The translations under genes were made by a program, and so were the position numbers. The notes beneath the pieces are model-generated. The model searched no databases and was not told the origin of the DNA. It was given only the letters and a program-made list of their open reading frames with translations. Source: Utricularia gibba (Eukaryota; Plantae; Magnoliophyta). From it: a stretch of DNA of 64,000 bases. This document shows, one piece after another, positions 26,189-38,543 of the stretch. Every line of letters starts with the position of its first letter. The stretch's first letter is position 1. The stretch spans positions 391,600-455,599 of the forward strand of contig NEEC01000029.1 of NCBI GenBank assembly GCA_002189035.1, in the 5' to 3' direction.

Positions 26189-26820
26189 TTACCCTTCGAC
26201 CGTCCGCCCCTCCCTCCCACTTATCCAACACACACACAAATCACAATATTTGGTTCAGTGCACTCGCCTCGCCTCTCATCCCATCATTTTTATTTCATAT
26301 CAAATATCATCATTTTCTTGTATATCCGGCGGACGCCCTGCCCGTGTAATGAATACAATAAATCGTGCCTGAAATGAATATCATAATTATGGCGTAACTC
26401 CCTTTTGTTCTGTAACTGGTAGATTTAAACCGGAACCAGCATAAGTTGCAGGAGGAGATCGGACGGCACGCCTGCCGAGGCTGAATTTTCTGCCACCTCT
26501 CGACTAATTCCTCGCAGGATACTCGAATCATCTGCTAAAAAAACGGTGCAGGGGTAGCAAGGAAGTTACGACGCTTCTTAGTTTTAGAAGCTCATTTATT
26601 TGTATTTATTTAATAATTAGCTACTACACACCTGAAAAACAGTCTCCTGAGTATATGATGCACCAAAAATGTCGTGTCGCACAGGTCATCAAAAATGAGG
26701 GGGAAAAAAGCAATAGATGGAGAGAACAAGGGGTAGCTAGAATAACAAAGAAGCAAGAGATGTGAACTCTAAGTATTGGATTCACCAATCGCCAAACGCA
26801 GCAACATCATCGGGTTGAGC

Positions 26821-29800
26821 CTACACTTTCCTGACCTGAATGTTATGGGTAGACTGTGACCGCCATATCGGTTGCCGGCCGCTCTGGAGAAGAGCCACAT
26901 GTTCGCCTTCTTTCACCATACCTTGTTTCTAAATTGTCAAGATGCCACAGTTGGTATACATTACCTCGCACACTCAAACATCAAAAAATTATGGTTCTGT
27001 GGATACAAGTGTTTAGGAAGGACGAACCTGTAGCACGGCGAGCGCGTTGGCAAATGTATCCTCAGCATCGTCGGAGAACTCCAGATGAATGGGGCAAACA
27101 CCTTGGTAGAGAGCTAGCCTTTGCTGTGTTCTCGTACTGTTAACAGAAGAATACACGAAACAAGGTTACACAGCTGGCTATAGGTGAGAGGAATGCTGGG
27201 AGTGTGGCTGTGTGGTCATTTAAGATGGGTAAAAGAAGAAAAAAATAAGGTATCACGGGGAGGTGGGCGAGCAGATCAGTAGACATCTTGCAAAACGCAG
27301 TTGCTAGAACTCACTCATTTGTGAAAGCAAAAATTGTTCCAGATGGTCGATAATGGCTCAATAGGATGGCCATGAAACCAGTTCTCGTGAAGACAACGAT
27401 TGAAGTTCCGAGGGTATTAGACATCATTGTTGCATGGTACGCAAACATTTCACTCATATGATTCTGCAAACACAAAAAGCACATCAAAATGAGAAGTGAG
27501 TGTACTTCATGTAAGGTGGAAGAGCTAATGAGATAATATAATCCACTACATGCCCAGACCTTGAAGGCTAGGCCAAGATTTGCTGGTGTCTCTGGGCCTG
27601 ATACCGTTTCTTCGGTGCGCAAAGAGACCGTGTGCATGACTTTCACAGCTTTCAACGGAAATCTGAGCAGTGCAGCAAGTCAGATCACACGAATCAGGTT
27701 GAGTTAATGCACCAAGGTTTGCTGCATCAAAAAAAAAAAAAAAAAAAAAAAGAAAGAAAGAAAGAAGGAAAGACCACGTGCCTCCCATGAGCAGTCTCCC
27801 CAGAAAGCATGACTGCATCAGCGCCTTCGCGAACAGCAATGGCAATATCTGATACCTCAGCTCGGGTAGGGGTGGGATGAACAATCATGCTTTCAAGCAT
27901 ATTTGTTGCCACTATCACTGCTTTTCCCATGCTACGGCATGTCCGGATGATTTCTTCCTATAAGCATCAGGTCTTTTGTAAATCTAATCATGCTATTTCT
28001 TGCATTCTGGAATTCTGACGTGTAAGCTGAAAGAGGTTGCCACTTCACCTGCAGTATTGGAACATCCTCAATCGGCAATTCTGCACCAAGATCTCCTCTG
28101 GCAACCATTGCCTGTCGAGAAAAGGGAACAGTTCAGGTACCTTTGCAGAAGAAAGTTTCACCAATCACAAAATACATGGAAACTAGATGCTTCATTGGAA
28201 CAATATACAGTCAACCATAAACAATTCAAGATTAACTTCCATAGAGACATCTTGGCAATTCATTCTGAATACATGACAAATACGGTTATTTATCTATATG
28301 CAACTGTCGTTCCTACCCCATCAGATGCAGTTATAATTGACTGCAAATTTGGAATGGAGTCAGCACTTTCAATTTTGACGATGACATTAATGTCAGCTCC
28401 AGCAGCTGCAGGGAACAAAAAAAATCAAGATACGTATAAGGAAATAGTATAGACAGACGACAGTGGCAGCAGCGCCATCAGAAACGAAGGCTCCGTGCCA
28501 CAAGGGGTCATTAAACTAAGCACCAAGAGCTAGGATTAACCTTTAAGATAATTCTTCAATTCATGAACAACAGCAGCATCTTTGACAAAGGAAACAGCAT
28601 AAAAATCAACTTCATTATCCACTCCAAATTTGATATCCTCCCAATCCTTTTCTGTAGAACATTCAAAATATCATTTTAAATTTTTCACACAGAGGGAGAG
28701 CATTATAGCTAACACACTATAAGAAACCTGATACGACCCAAAAATACTAACCTGTGATTGAAGGGAGTGTTGCACTTTTTCCACGAACATTAAGGTGCCG
28801 GCGAGATTTAAGTTCTCCACCATCAACAACCTCACACTTCACTGAATCTTCATCCTTTGACTTCACGAGCAATGACATCATACCACCTGCATTGACAAAA
28901 ATAGACAACTATATATTCATAAGAAGCAAGTATCATCAAGGGTACGGTGTGTAAAAAACCGTTGCCACTTCAAAATCCAAAAAAAGGAAAGGATACTAGG
29001 TTGCTAAATTGTTGAAACCAACTAATTTAGAAGTGCTAAAAAGTGCCCGATCTTATACAGCGCAATTGTTTGAATAAAAACAAATGAAAACTATGCAAAC
29101 TTAAAGTTTACTACCATCAACAAGGAGCATATCCCCAGCTTCAACATCATTGACAAAATCGTCATAGTTGACACTAACACAATCATGTGTACCAACTCCT
29201 CTTCTAATTGTGAAAGTGAATTCCTGACCCGTTGTCAGGACAATAGGTTGAGGTAAATCACCACTCCTAACCTCAGGACCCTGTCATTCAAAATTCCGAA
29301 GAAATATTATAAAACGTAATTTGTGCGCCTTGAAGTGAAATAGAATTCTGAGGCACAAGTTCAACTACAATACTAGCCTTGGTGTCAAGCATGATGGCTA
29401 TAACGTTGTCTTTTGCGTGAGAATTATACTCCTTGACCAAGTCAATAACTTTCTGGTGAGATGCATGATCTCCATGGGACATATTAAGACGCGCAACATT
29501 CATTCCTGCCTCTGCTAGTTTCCATATCATTTCCTTGGTATTGGAAGATGGCCCGATTGTGCAAACAATTTTGGTCTTGCGCCTCACTGAGGGTGTGGAC
29601 GGCAAACCCATGGATACATCACCATTTATTGTGGCTCCCTGAAAATTCAGAACTTTCCCTTCCTCCTGATCCAGAAGTAAGAGCAGGGCAAGGCCATATT
29701 AGGGTGTGGTATAGCAATGTGGCGTCTCTCAAGAATAAGCATAACACAAAAGACCCAAATGAAAAGCTTATACCTTTGTACTGTCTTCAGGAGAAACGGG

Positions 29801-30016
29801 GATTAACTGTGGATCCGTACTCAGGGACTTCGTCGGAGTGATCGGCGCGGCGACCTTTACAACTCCACCGCGGCTCATCCTCTCATTGGGCCGCAATACA
29901 TTTCCATCGAACCGAGAAATTCGCCTCCGCTCCCCTGACTGGGATTGCCGAGATCCAGAACCACCTCCAGCTGCAACTGCACAGTTAACAAGATGCGAGG
30001 CCACAACTTGTGCCAT
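26821..30016 (-). CDS. PKP2: Plastidial pyruvate kinase beta subunit; multi-exon
   Basis: Transit peptide MAQVVASH...; [36 protein letters not shown]|[50 protein letters not shown]; C-terminus [21 protein letters not shown] is typical of PKp-beta1. Confidence 0.95.
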
Positions 30017-30139
30017 TACTACAAAAGAAAGTAGTATATTTCCCCAAAACGCTACTTCAATCAAGAATTAACGTGCGGCAAGAGATGCAGAAGGAGAAGG
30101 AGATTCAGAAGCTGGGGCGATGACTGCTGAACTTCTTCT

Positions 30140-30153
30140 CGTTTGTATCGAAG
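30140..30153 (-). promoter_or_regulatory. AW-box (WRINKLED1 binding site, CnTnG-n7-CG) in the 5' leader of plastid pyruvate kinase
   Basis: The minus strand reads CTTCGATACAAACG, an exact consensus match, between a TATA-rich tract (about 30197-30215) and the ATG (30016). PKp-beta1 is an established WRI1 target with 5'-UTR AW-boxes. Confidence 0.65.
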
Positions 30154-30668
30154 CTGGACAGCACAGCGGACCCTCGTTTTCCATACATCGCATTGTATAT
30201 TATATATATAATATATGCATCAGCCTTACAGTAGCTGGACAGAGAGATTCGATGGGTGAAACGGCGTCGTGGTGGTGGCCCGTTGAAAGTGGGCCAAGTA
30301 TAAAATACCAGATCCATTTGTTGATCGGGCTCCATTTGGGCCGATGGCTCCAGCGAGGACTGGATGAAGCTAATAACTTTAGGCCCTTTCATTTTGACCC
30401 CTCTCTTTCTCGGATTTGTAATTCTCGCCTTCTAGATTCAAATAATAAATTTTGATGTATATATTAAATAGATGGTAAGTGATTGGAAAAAAAATTCTGC
30501 GCTTTTTGAATTAGAAGTTGATATTTTTTTTTACCATTTTTATAAAAGAATAAATTGTTTATTTATTATTATACGTACCCGGTACCCCCCTGCAATCAAA
30601 GGGTCGGAAAATGAATATGGCTGAAACATGTGCGACCCTGCCCCTCAGCGCCATCTAGGGTTTCGGAT

Positions 30669-31968
30669 ATGGCGATTACAAGTTCGGCAGGGCCTGCGGA
30701 TGAAATTCGAAGATACACCGAGTTGGGGATCAAGGAATCTTTCTCCCGGAATCCCCTGTACGCTTACGCTTGCAGAGAATTGAGCTGTATCATCAGAAAC
30801 GGATACCCACAGTTTTCCAAGAGTGTTCAATCGCTTCTGTATCAAGACACGCTTTTTGCTTTCACCGTTCTTCCCGTGTAAGACTTTTCGGGAAAAAGAA
30901 AAACGATGATACACTCATGGGGCTAACTGTTGACATGAATGTTCAGGGTGCATACGCAGTCTGCTGTATCGGCTGCTCGTACCCTCGTACAAAGTGCCGA
31001 ATCTGCTTTCCCCAAGCAGAAGCGTGCACAGGCTGTGAAGGAGTACAAGAATGCAGTTGTTTCTTGCAAGAGGATGTCCAAACAAAACCTGGAATATGGA
31101 GGTGACATATTTCTTGGTGTTGAAAATGTGATCTTGTCGGTTTACGTTTACTCTGAGATATGTGGGAATGAGTAATTAGATTGGTGTTTCCAGATGGTGC
31201 AAACCTGATACCGCAGGATGTTTTGGTGCATATCTTCGGCTTCTTAGACTTGGGTTCCGTTGTTTCAGCTTCTGGGGTCTGCAGGTATTTCAAAGTAATC
31301 AACCGTCCTTGCACATAGAGTTGTTGCATTTGATACCTTGTGGCCTGGTTTCCCGTTGTTCAGAACGTGGAATGTGGCCTCTAATGACGATAAACTCTGG
31401 AAATGCTTGTATGATACCTATTTCTCTGCGTTGAACGGCACCATAAACATGCGCGAACGCACTACTACTCATGCCGCCGAAGATTGCGGATTGGAAGAAA
31501 AGGATCATAGTGATCACTGGAGAGCGAGGTTTCAACAGGCGTACAAAGCTAGTAAGTAGTGGATCTGGTTCTGTCGTTTTGCGAATGATGTGAGGGGCTT
31601 ACGCTGTTTGCAGGCATGCTTGCTAGAAAACTGAGGTCCAACAGAGGATACTGTGGAACGTGCTCCTCCGTCGTCTGGCTAGATGGAGTTACGTGCTCAA
31701 ATGCATCTGGTACAAACGATGGAGCTGGGGGGAAGCAGCATCAGATTACACCCATATCCGCAACGCAGGTAAAAACAACATTTAACCTGATTGGGTTCTG
31801 TTCCGGCAAGTTCAACTAAAGAAGCCGCTGGACGACTGGCTCTAGGTAGCTACGTATATCTCAGAAGGCGTTATACCGGAGGAGCCATCTTCGGATACCG
31901 ACAGTGACACAGAGGATGGCTCCGTGTTCAAGCTGTGGGCATTTCCTGTCCGCTTAGATGGTGCATAG
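30669..31968 (+). CDS. F-box protein (At5g52880-like); multi-exon
   Basis: RYTELGIKESFSR..YAYACRELSCII..QSLLYQDTLFAF, TQSAVSAARTLVQSAESAFPKQKR, F-box segment ...WNVASNDDKLW, RGYCGTCSSVVWL, ending GSVFKLWAFPVRLDGA*. Confidence 0.8.
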
Positions 31969-32570
31969 CCTTTGGGAATGTTGTGCGATCATCGAGAGAG
32001 ACAGACGGGGATGAATCCTCAGGTCCGCTGTGTTATCGTGTACAGAAGATTCGTGGGTGATTCGCCATTGTTGAAAAATAGAGGAGCTCGATAGGTCGTA
32101 AATATCTTGTGTGGAGGGTTCCAATTAAATAACCCTTTTGAATTTAATCATTGGTAATAGTTTATTTTATCTAAAAAGAAATGAGGTACGGCGGTATTAC
32201 AATCGACAGAAGCCCATGAACCGAGATTCAGTTCTCGGGAGCGGCCCATCCCAGCCCAGCCCAGCCCATAATACTAAAGTTTGTTTTTCTTTTTCTAGAT
32301 ATCTTCCAAAACAAAACCAGGCCAAGCCAAGCCAGGAGAGAAAGGGACAAGGTGTGATGAAATGTTTGGAGGCATATGTCACATGTGCGAAAGAAAGAAT
32401 CGATCCCATTCCCAAGTGGGCATGAGTTGGTCACGGGATCCCATATCCAACACCAATGCCACGGACGCCACATACAAATACTCAAACCATTTAACTCCAA
32501 TTCCTGATAAAACTGTAGCGAGTTACCCATCCTTCCCTCGGTCTCACTCCCAGGCCCTCATTCCTCCGCC

Positions 32571-34389
32571 ATGGAACCACCACCGGAGGAGCCGACTCCA
32601 CCGCCTCAGCCGTGCAAAACCTACAAGCTCACCGCCTTGGCTATCTCCTACGCTAAACCGGCCACCATAGCGCCCAGACTCTGTTTCAAGCCATGCATTT
32701 CGCCGCCGCCTCTTTACATCCTCAAGGAAATCACATTCACCGCCTATCCATCGGAAATCCTCGCCGTTGTGGGCCCTAGTGGCGCAGGGAAATCCACTCT
32801 GTTGGACATTCTCGCAGCCCGTACCGCCGCTACCGCCGGCCAGCTCCTTTTGAATTCCTCCGCCCTGAATCCTTCAGCTTTCCGTAAGCTTTCAGCTTAC
32901 GTTCCACAGCACGATGCATGTCTCCCTCTGCTCACCGTTTGTGAAACCTTCACCTTCGCTGCTCGCCTGCTGAAACCCAAAACCGCTGATATCTCCGCCA
33001 TTGTCTCCGATCTCATGACCGAGCTCCGCCTGTCGCATCTGTCCGACACGAGGCTCTCCGGCGGCCTCTCCGGTGGTGAGCGTCGTCGTGTTTCCATCGG
33101 TTTAAGCCTGCTACACGACCCGGCGGTGCTGATTCTCGACGAGCCCACTTCAGGGCTCGACAGCAGTGCAGCGTTAAATGTGATGCAGACGCTGAGATCA
33201 ATCTCCGATTCGCAACATCGAACCGTGATTCTATCCATTCATCAGCCCAGTTTCAAGATTCTATCCACAATCGACAAGATTCTTCTTCTATCAAAAGGCA
33301 GCGTTGTTCATCATGGAACACTGCCTTCTCTTGAAGCTTTCTTGCTCTGTAACGGCTTCACAGTCCCCCTCAGCTAAATCCTCTTGAATACGCTATGGAG
33401 ATACTGAATCAGCTCCAGATAAGTGAACCCATTTCTCCATTGCCCCTATCCCCATGCACCCACGAAAGTTGTGATTCTACAATCTCAGCATCATCATCTC
33501 CTTCTGAGAGCGTGGACAAAGAAGTTGTTAGCTACAGAAGCTCGAGATTCCATGAAACGATCATTCTCTATTCCCGTTTCTGGAAAATCATCTACAGAAC
33601 AAAGCAATTACTTTTGGCGAACACCTTGCAGGCATTAGGAGTTGGGCTCATTCTCGGCACCATTTACATCAACATCGGAATCGGGAAATCTGGAATCGAG
33701 AAGAGATTTGGTTTGATTGCCTTTACACTAACATTTCTCCTTTCCTCAACCACAGAAACTCTCCCAATCTACGTCAACGAGAGACCCATTCTTCTGAGAG
33801 AAACTTCAAGCGGAGTTTACAGGCTATCTTCATACCTACTGGCGAATACTCTGGTTTTCATGCCGTATCTCCTCGCAATCGCCATTATCTTCTCAGTCTC
33901 ACTCTACTTCCTAGTCGGCTCTGCGCCAATTGGCAAGCGTTCGCATACTTCCTTCTCCTGATCTGGGTTATAATTCTGGTCGCCAATTCCTTGGTTCTGT
34001 TCCTCAGCTCCATCGCTCCCAATTTCATCGCGGGAACTTCGCTGTTAACGGTATTGCTCGCCGGATTCTTCCTCTTTTCGGGCTACTTCATATCGAAGGA
34101 AAGCTTACCCAAATTCTGGCTTCTGATGCACTACCTGTCCATGTACAAGTACGGGTTCGATGCTTTGCTGATCAACGAATACTCTTGTCTGTTCAATACG
34201 TGCTTGATCTGGGCCGATGACAAGACGAAAAGCGCGTGCTTTGTGAGCGGGAGGGACGTGATGGAGAAGAGGGGACTCCATGAGCGTCAACGATGGATCA
34301 ACGTGTACATCTTGGTGGGCTTCTTCGTAATGTATCGAGCGCTTTGGCTCATAGTTCTGATCAGGAGAGTCTCCAGATCCAAGAGATAA
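32571..34389 (+). CDS. ABCG8: Half-size ABCG transporter (ABCG8/ABCG4-like, WBC type); intronless, with two apparent 1-nt frame breaks (33365-33369, 33917-33919)
   Basis: Walker A GPSGAGKST, signature LSGGERRRV, Walker B LILDEPTSGLDS, H-loop SIHQPS; TMD IGIGKSGIEKRFG...LPIYVNERPILLRETSSG; C-terminus RRVSRSKR*. Three consecutive ORFs join into one collinear protein by adding one base at each break (TVPPQLNPLEYAME; FLVGLCANWQAF). Confidence 0.9.
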
Positions 34390-34727
34390 ACACGGGAATG
34401 CAGTTGAAGATCAAACCTGGTGATCACAGGTGTTTTAATGTTCTTCATTAGTGGTTGCTGGTCCATTAAACCACCATCATCATCAGGATAACAGTTCCTG
34501 TTGGCTATAAATCCTTTGCTTTATGTCGATCACAATCAATCTCACAACTAAGAGCATTCTTGAACTTCTCTTGGTTACTGGCAATGGGAATGACGTGTGT
34601 GGTTGTGGTAGGGCTTCACGGGGTGGTGGTTTTCTTGTTTTGTTGTTCACGTGCAGCCATTGACATTTGAACCAGTTGGGTTCCGTTGGGTTTTGTGAAT
34701 GAAGGCTGCCATGGGCCGTGCTTGTCT

Positions 34728-35200
34728 TTCAATGCAAGCAACCCCATGGCATTCATTCCCTGCCGCGATCAAAATCGCCCATGCTCCCACATACACTCAC
34801 AACACTGGCCAACGTGAAGTGTGTCGGTATAATCTCATGGAGTAATAACATTCCAAGGCTTTGTCTTTAAAACCATTTTTTGACAACATACCTATCATCA
34901 AATTCCACGACACCATCACCTTTCTGGCATTTGTTCGAATACCCTGTAGGCAACAGCCGCGTCATTTGATTTGTAGCAAGAATCTAAAACTGTGTGCTAA
35001 GAGAATATGCTTTTTCATGACATCCCTATCATCAAATTCCAGGATATCTCATTCCTTTCTGGCATTTGGACGAACAGCCAGCGTTGAAACCGCATTTGAA
35101 GTACAGCTGAATCAAACGGTTCACTAGGAAAGAGTTGGAAAACTGATTTGTATGATGAATGTAAGCCCGAATCAACTTCCCTGCCTTAAGGAGTTTATTG
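34728..35200 (-). pseudogene. Truncated, frameshifted PLS-class PPR gene fragment
   Basis: AGKLIRAYIHHTNQFSNSFLVNRLIQLYFKCG; two 'QMPER..SWNLMIGM' motifs; LSKNGFKDKALECYYSM; PTHFTLASVVSVCGSMG..GRE/CHGV. Stops and frameshifts interrupt it, and no C-terminal E/DYW region follows. Confidence 0.72.
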
Positions 35201-35984
35201 TTTATATATATGTGTGTGTCATGGACGTTTTCCAGTTTGCAAGCTACAAGCATGCATTGCTCTGATTCGCTGAACGTGCAAATTCTGGATAATCGCATTC
35301 ATCCTTCCATGTTCTTGAACCTCATTTGCTGCCGATGGAGAACCGAGTTGGTGACTGCACTGCACTGCACGTGTGAATAGAATGGATTGGTGAGAATGAC
35401 GATTTTAAGCAATTAAATTACCCTTTTATTCTAGATGCTTAGACACCACGAATTGGGGATAGAAGAGATCATCTTGTTCACCCCTCGGCCCGGCCCCGGC
35501 CCATAAACAACGGGTCCATAACTGCCTTCGCACTTGCAGAAGAGCGTTTTTCGGAGATGAAGAACCCTCCTGAGCGGAGACCTGTATCTTAGTTAAAACC
35601 ATGAAATATAAGGTTTATTTTAAATCTACGTTTGAAATGAACCCTGTTATCAAACACATGATTAATAAACCCAACTGAGGAAAACCAGGCCATTCACCCT
35701 ACCAAACGCGCCCTAAGTCGTGTGTAGTTGATCTTGATAGGCATGAAATATTGTGCGAGTTGAAATCTGGAATGACGACAAATCCTATGTCTACTTCAGG
35801 GTCCCGATGTCACCTTTCGAGCTCCCCCAAACGCGTATTCTTATTTTTTGTTGTTTCACGCTTCGCCCTCAAACGTGCAAAGAAGGAGATTTCGTGGAAG
35901 TTCACCCTGTTCAAACGATGGCGGTATATCTACTTGTATTTCATACACACTCTTATGCAGGGCATTCCATTTGTGTGAAAGGAG

Positions 35985-38543
35985 ATGTCATATATTTACG
36001 ACAACTGGGAGAGTTTGGTGGCTGCAGTTTCGAAAAGGGAACGCCATCGGAGGCTTGCTCGTCTTCCTTCACTCAGCTCTGGATCATCTGATACCAGTTC
36101 GGAAGATGATTCCAGTTCCAGTTTCTGTTTCTTACCTCCCTCGAAGAATCAGGAGCACCTAGTTCAATACCCGTCGGATTTCAATCAGAAGCAGGTTGCA
36201 GCACCCTTTTCAAGGTGACTTCTTCTGTCATTCGGTTTTTTCTTTCGGCGAGTCTTTGCTGGATTGGGACAATAACACTGATTTTTGTAAATTTGTGTCT
36301 GCTCTCAGCCGTCCCGCGACACCTAATAATAGAAATTCCAGCTTGGCATCTCGTAGGAAGAGGGATCTGAGAATTCAAGTACCAGAGCCACCAGCACTTG
36401 GTTCTTGTCTAGATAGCAATAAGTGCTGCCCGAATATTAGTTCAACAATTCCAAGTGCCAGGTTTCTTTGTTCCAGGCCTCACCGCTTACCTCTACCTCG
36501 GATAGCAGAATCAGGCTCTTCATCCTCTTCTTCGCCATCTACAAGATCACCTTCTCTGTCACCACCTGGTCATGTAACAGATGGAAACGCTAGAAGCCCG
36601 GGATCTCGATGGAGAAAAGGAAAGTTGATCAGCAGAGAAGCTCTTGGGAACATTTACATGGGATTTAACAGGTTGGTTGGCGTGCTAATTTAGATTGTTG
36701 AATTAGCATATTAAGTGGTTCTGGATTTTGTCTTCCTGATTTCAGTGAATCTGGTAAATATTGTGTCATGAAAGAGACTTCCCAATCATATGATGATGAA
36801 GAGTTAAGATTGAGGGCAAGTGTATTGAAAAAGGTGAGTTTTGGTGTCTTGGATCTACCATGGACCTCACAGAATTTAGAATAAGCCTGACAAAAGCTCC
36901 CTTTTTTCCTGATTGGAGCTTTTACCGGGTGATTCTCATATGGCATGATATTATTTGAACTGCTTCAAGGACTTGGTTTCTTCAGGTGATCGCATTTCAG
37001 AGTGAATTGAAACATCCTAATGTCATGCAATACAATGGTTCTGAAATGGTCAGTTTATTGCACGAATTCTTGCCCTTTTTTGTTTCAATTGTTATTTTTC
37101 TGAATATCCACTAAACTATTCCTATTTCCTCGAGCAGGTTGATGATAAGATCTATGAGTGTTTTGAGTATGTATCTGGAGGTCCGATCTCTGTGTTAATG
37201 CAAGAATTTGGGAGATTAGGAGAACCAGCTATCCGTAGTTATACTCGACAAATTTTACATGGGCTAGATTATTTACACTACAAAATGACTGCTCACGGGT
37301 GAGATTCCTCGAAGTGCTGCAGCATATTCTGTGATTCAGTTATTTAAGAGAATCTGTTACATTTCAAGACATGAATTCACTTTAACACGTGGAGATACAA
37401 ATACATGGAGTGAAGGGTTTTGCAACATTTTCTCTTGTCCTTAATGTTCTTGTGTCATTTCGATAAATCTTGCAGGGATGTAAAGGCATCCAACATATTT
37501 GTAGACCCAGCTGGTGGGATCAAGTTGGCTAATTTTTGGTTTCTTGAGAATGTGTGTACCGAATCTTTTGTTGGTGGTCTTCTTATTTTTTTGCAGGGCC
37601 TGAGTACTTATTGCTGTTCTGTTTTTGTACTTAACCCACGATACTCCATTGGTTTCACAGCTTCCAGTGCTAAGCCGCACATTCTGGATAGAGAGTGCGT
37701 ACTGGATGGCACCTGAGGTGCCTTATGCGTCCTTAAATTCCACAGCTAGTTGCTCCTAAGCCTCGTTTTTACCTTGGATAGTTTTGAGCATGCAGGTCAT
37801 AAATTGCCCTAGTAAATGCAGCTCTGCTATTGACATATGGAGCCTTGGATGCACAATCGTGGAAATGGCTACAGCGAAACCACCTTTTAGTCAGTATAAA
37901 CCTGTATGACGCTCAGCATTGAATCTCTTCTGGTTTCATTCTTGTGTTCTCCGTCGGTCATGTTTAATCCCATCTGGTGGCGTATAGGGGATGGCCATGT
38001 ATAAAGTCCTGAAACAAAAACAGCTTCCCAAAATTCCGGGCCATTTATCAGCTGAGGCGAAGGATTTTTTGATGCATTGCTTGCAGTGGAATCCCGAAAA
38101 TCGTTCTACTGCCCTTCAGCTTATGGAGCATCCTTTTGTGAATGGTACTTCAATAAAAAAATTGACGCTCTCTGGCTCTTCACGCCTAATCACTGAGGTA
38201 TTACCATGCTTTACCTACTGCATTAGCGTCTGATTAGAAGCCGGTTGTTTCTTTGATCTGATGAGGAGGTGAGAATCATGTACAGGGAAGCGATGAAGCT
38301 GTGGAATTTCAATTCTGGCCCGGCAGCCCTTCAGCAAGAGCACCAGAGTCGAGTGAAACGTGTTCTTCAACAACAACTTCATCCTCGGTCTCTCCTAATT
38401 CTCCTTTATCTCCAACAGCAGATGAACAACTGAAGGTGCAAATATCTCCAGCCCCATCCGTAGTGCCACATCTCACTGGGATCCCATTATTCTCCGGAGT
38501 TCATCACATGAGTCAAGGTGCTCCTCCGCTCCGTATTCGGTAA
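35985..38543 (+). CDS. YODA-clade MAP3K homolog with degenerate catalytic motifs (predicted pseudokinase); 10 exons, 537 aa
   Basis: Exons 35985-36214, 36309-36671, 36746-36833, 36986-37048, 37138-37298, 37476-37551, 37661-37717, 37796-37903, 37988-38197, 38286-38543 total 1614 nt, with consistent phases and GT-AG sites. YODA-type PHRLPLP, SPGSRWRKG, GFN|SESG, VDDKIY..EYVSGG, YWMAPE and DIWSLGCT are present, but with SREALG, HGD and NFW at the catalytic motifs. Confidence 0.85.

Noticed and set aside
34783-34835. CTCCCACATAC (USE-like) followed by TATAA, suggesting an snRNA/telomerase-RNA promoter
   Set aside because: It lies within the antisense of the PPR relic, the USE is imperfect, and the downstream sequence matches no U snRNA, 7SL or telomerase template.
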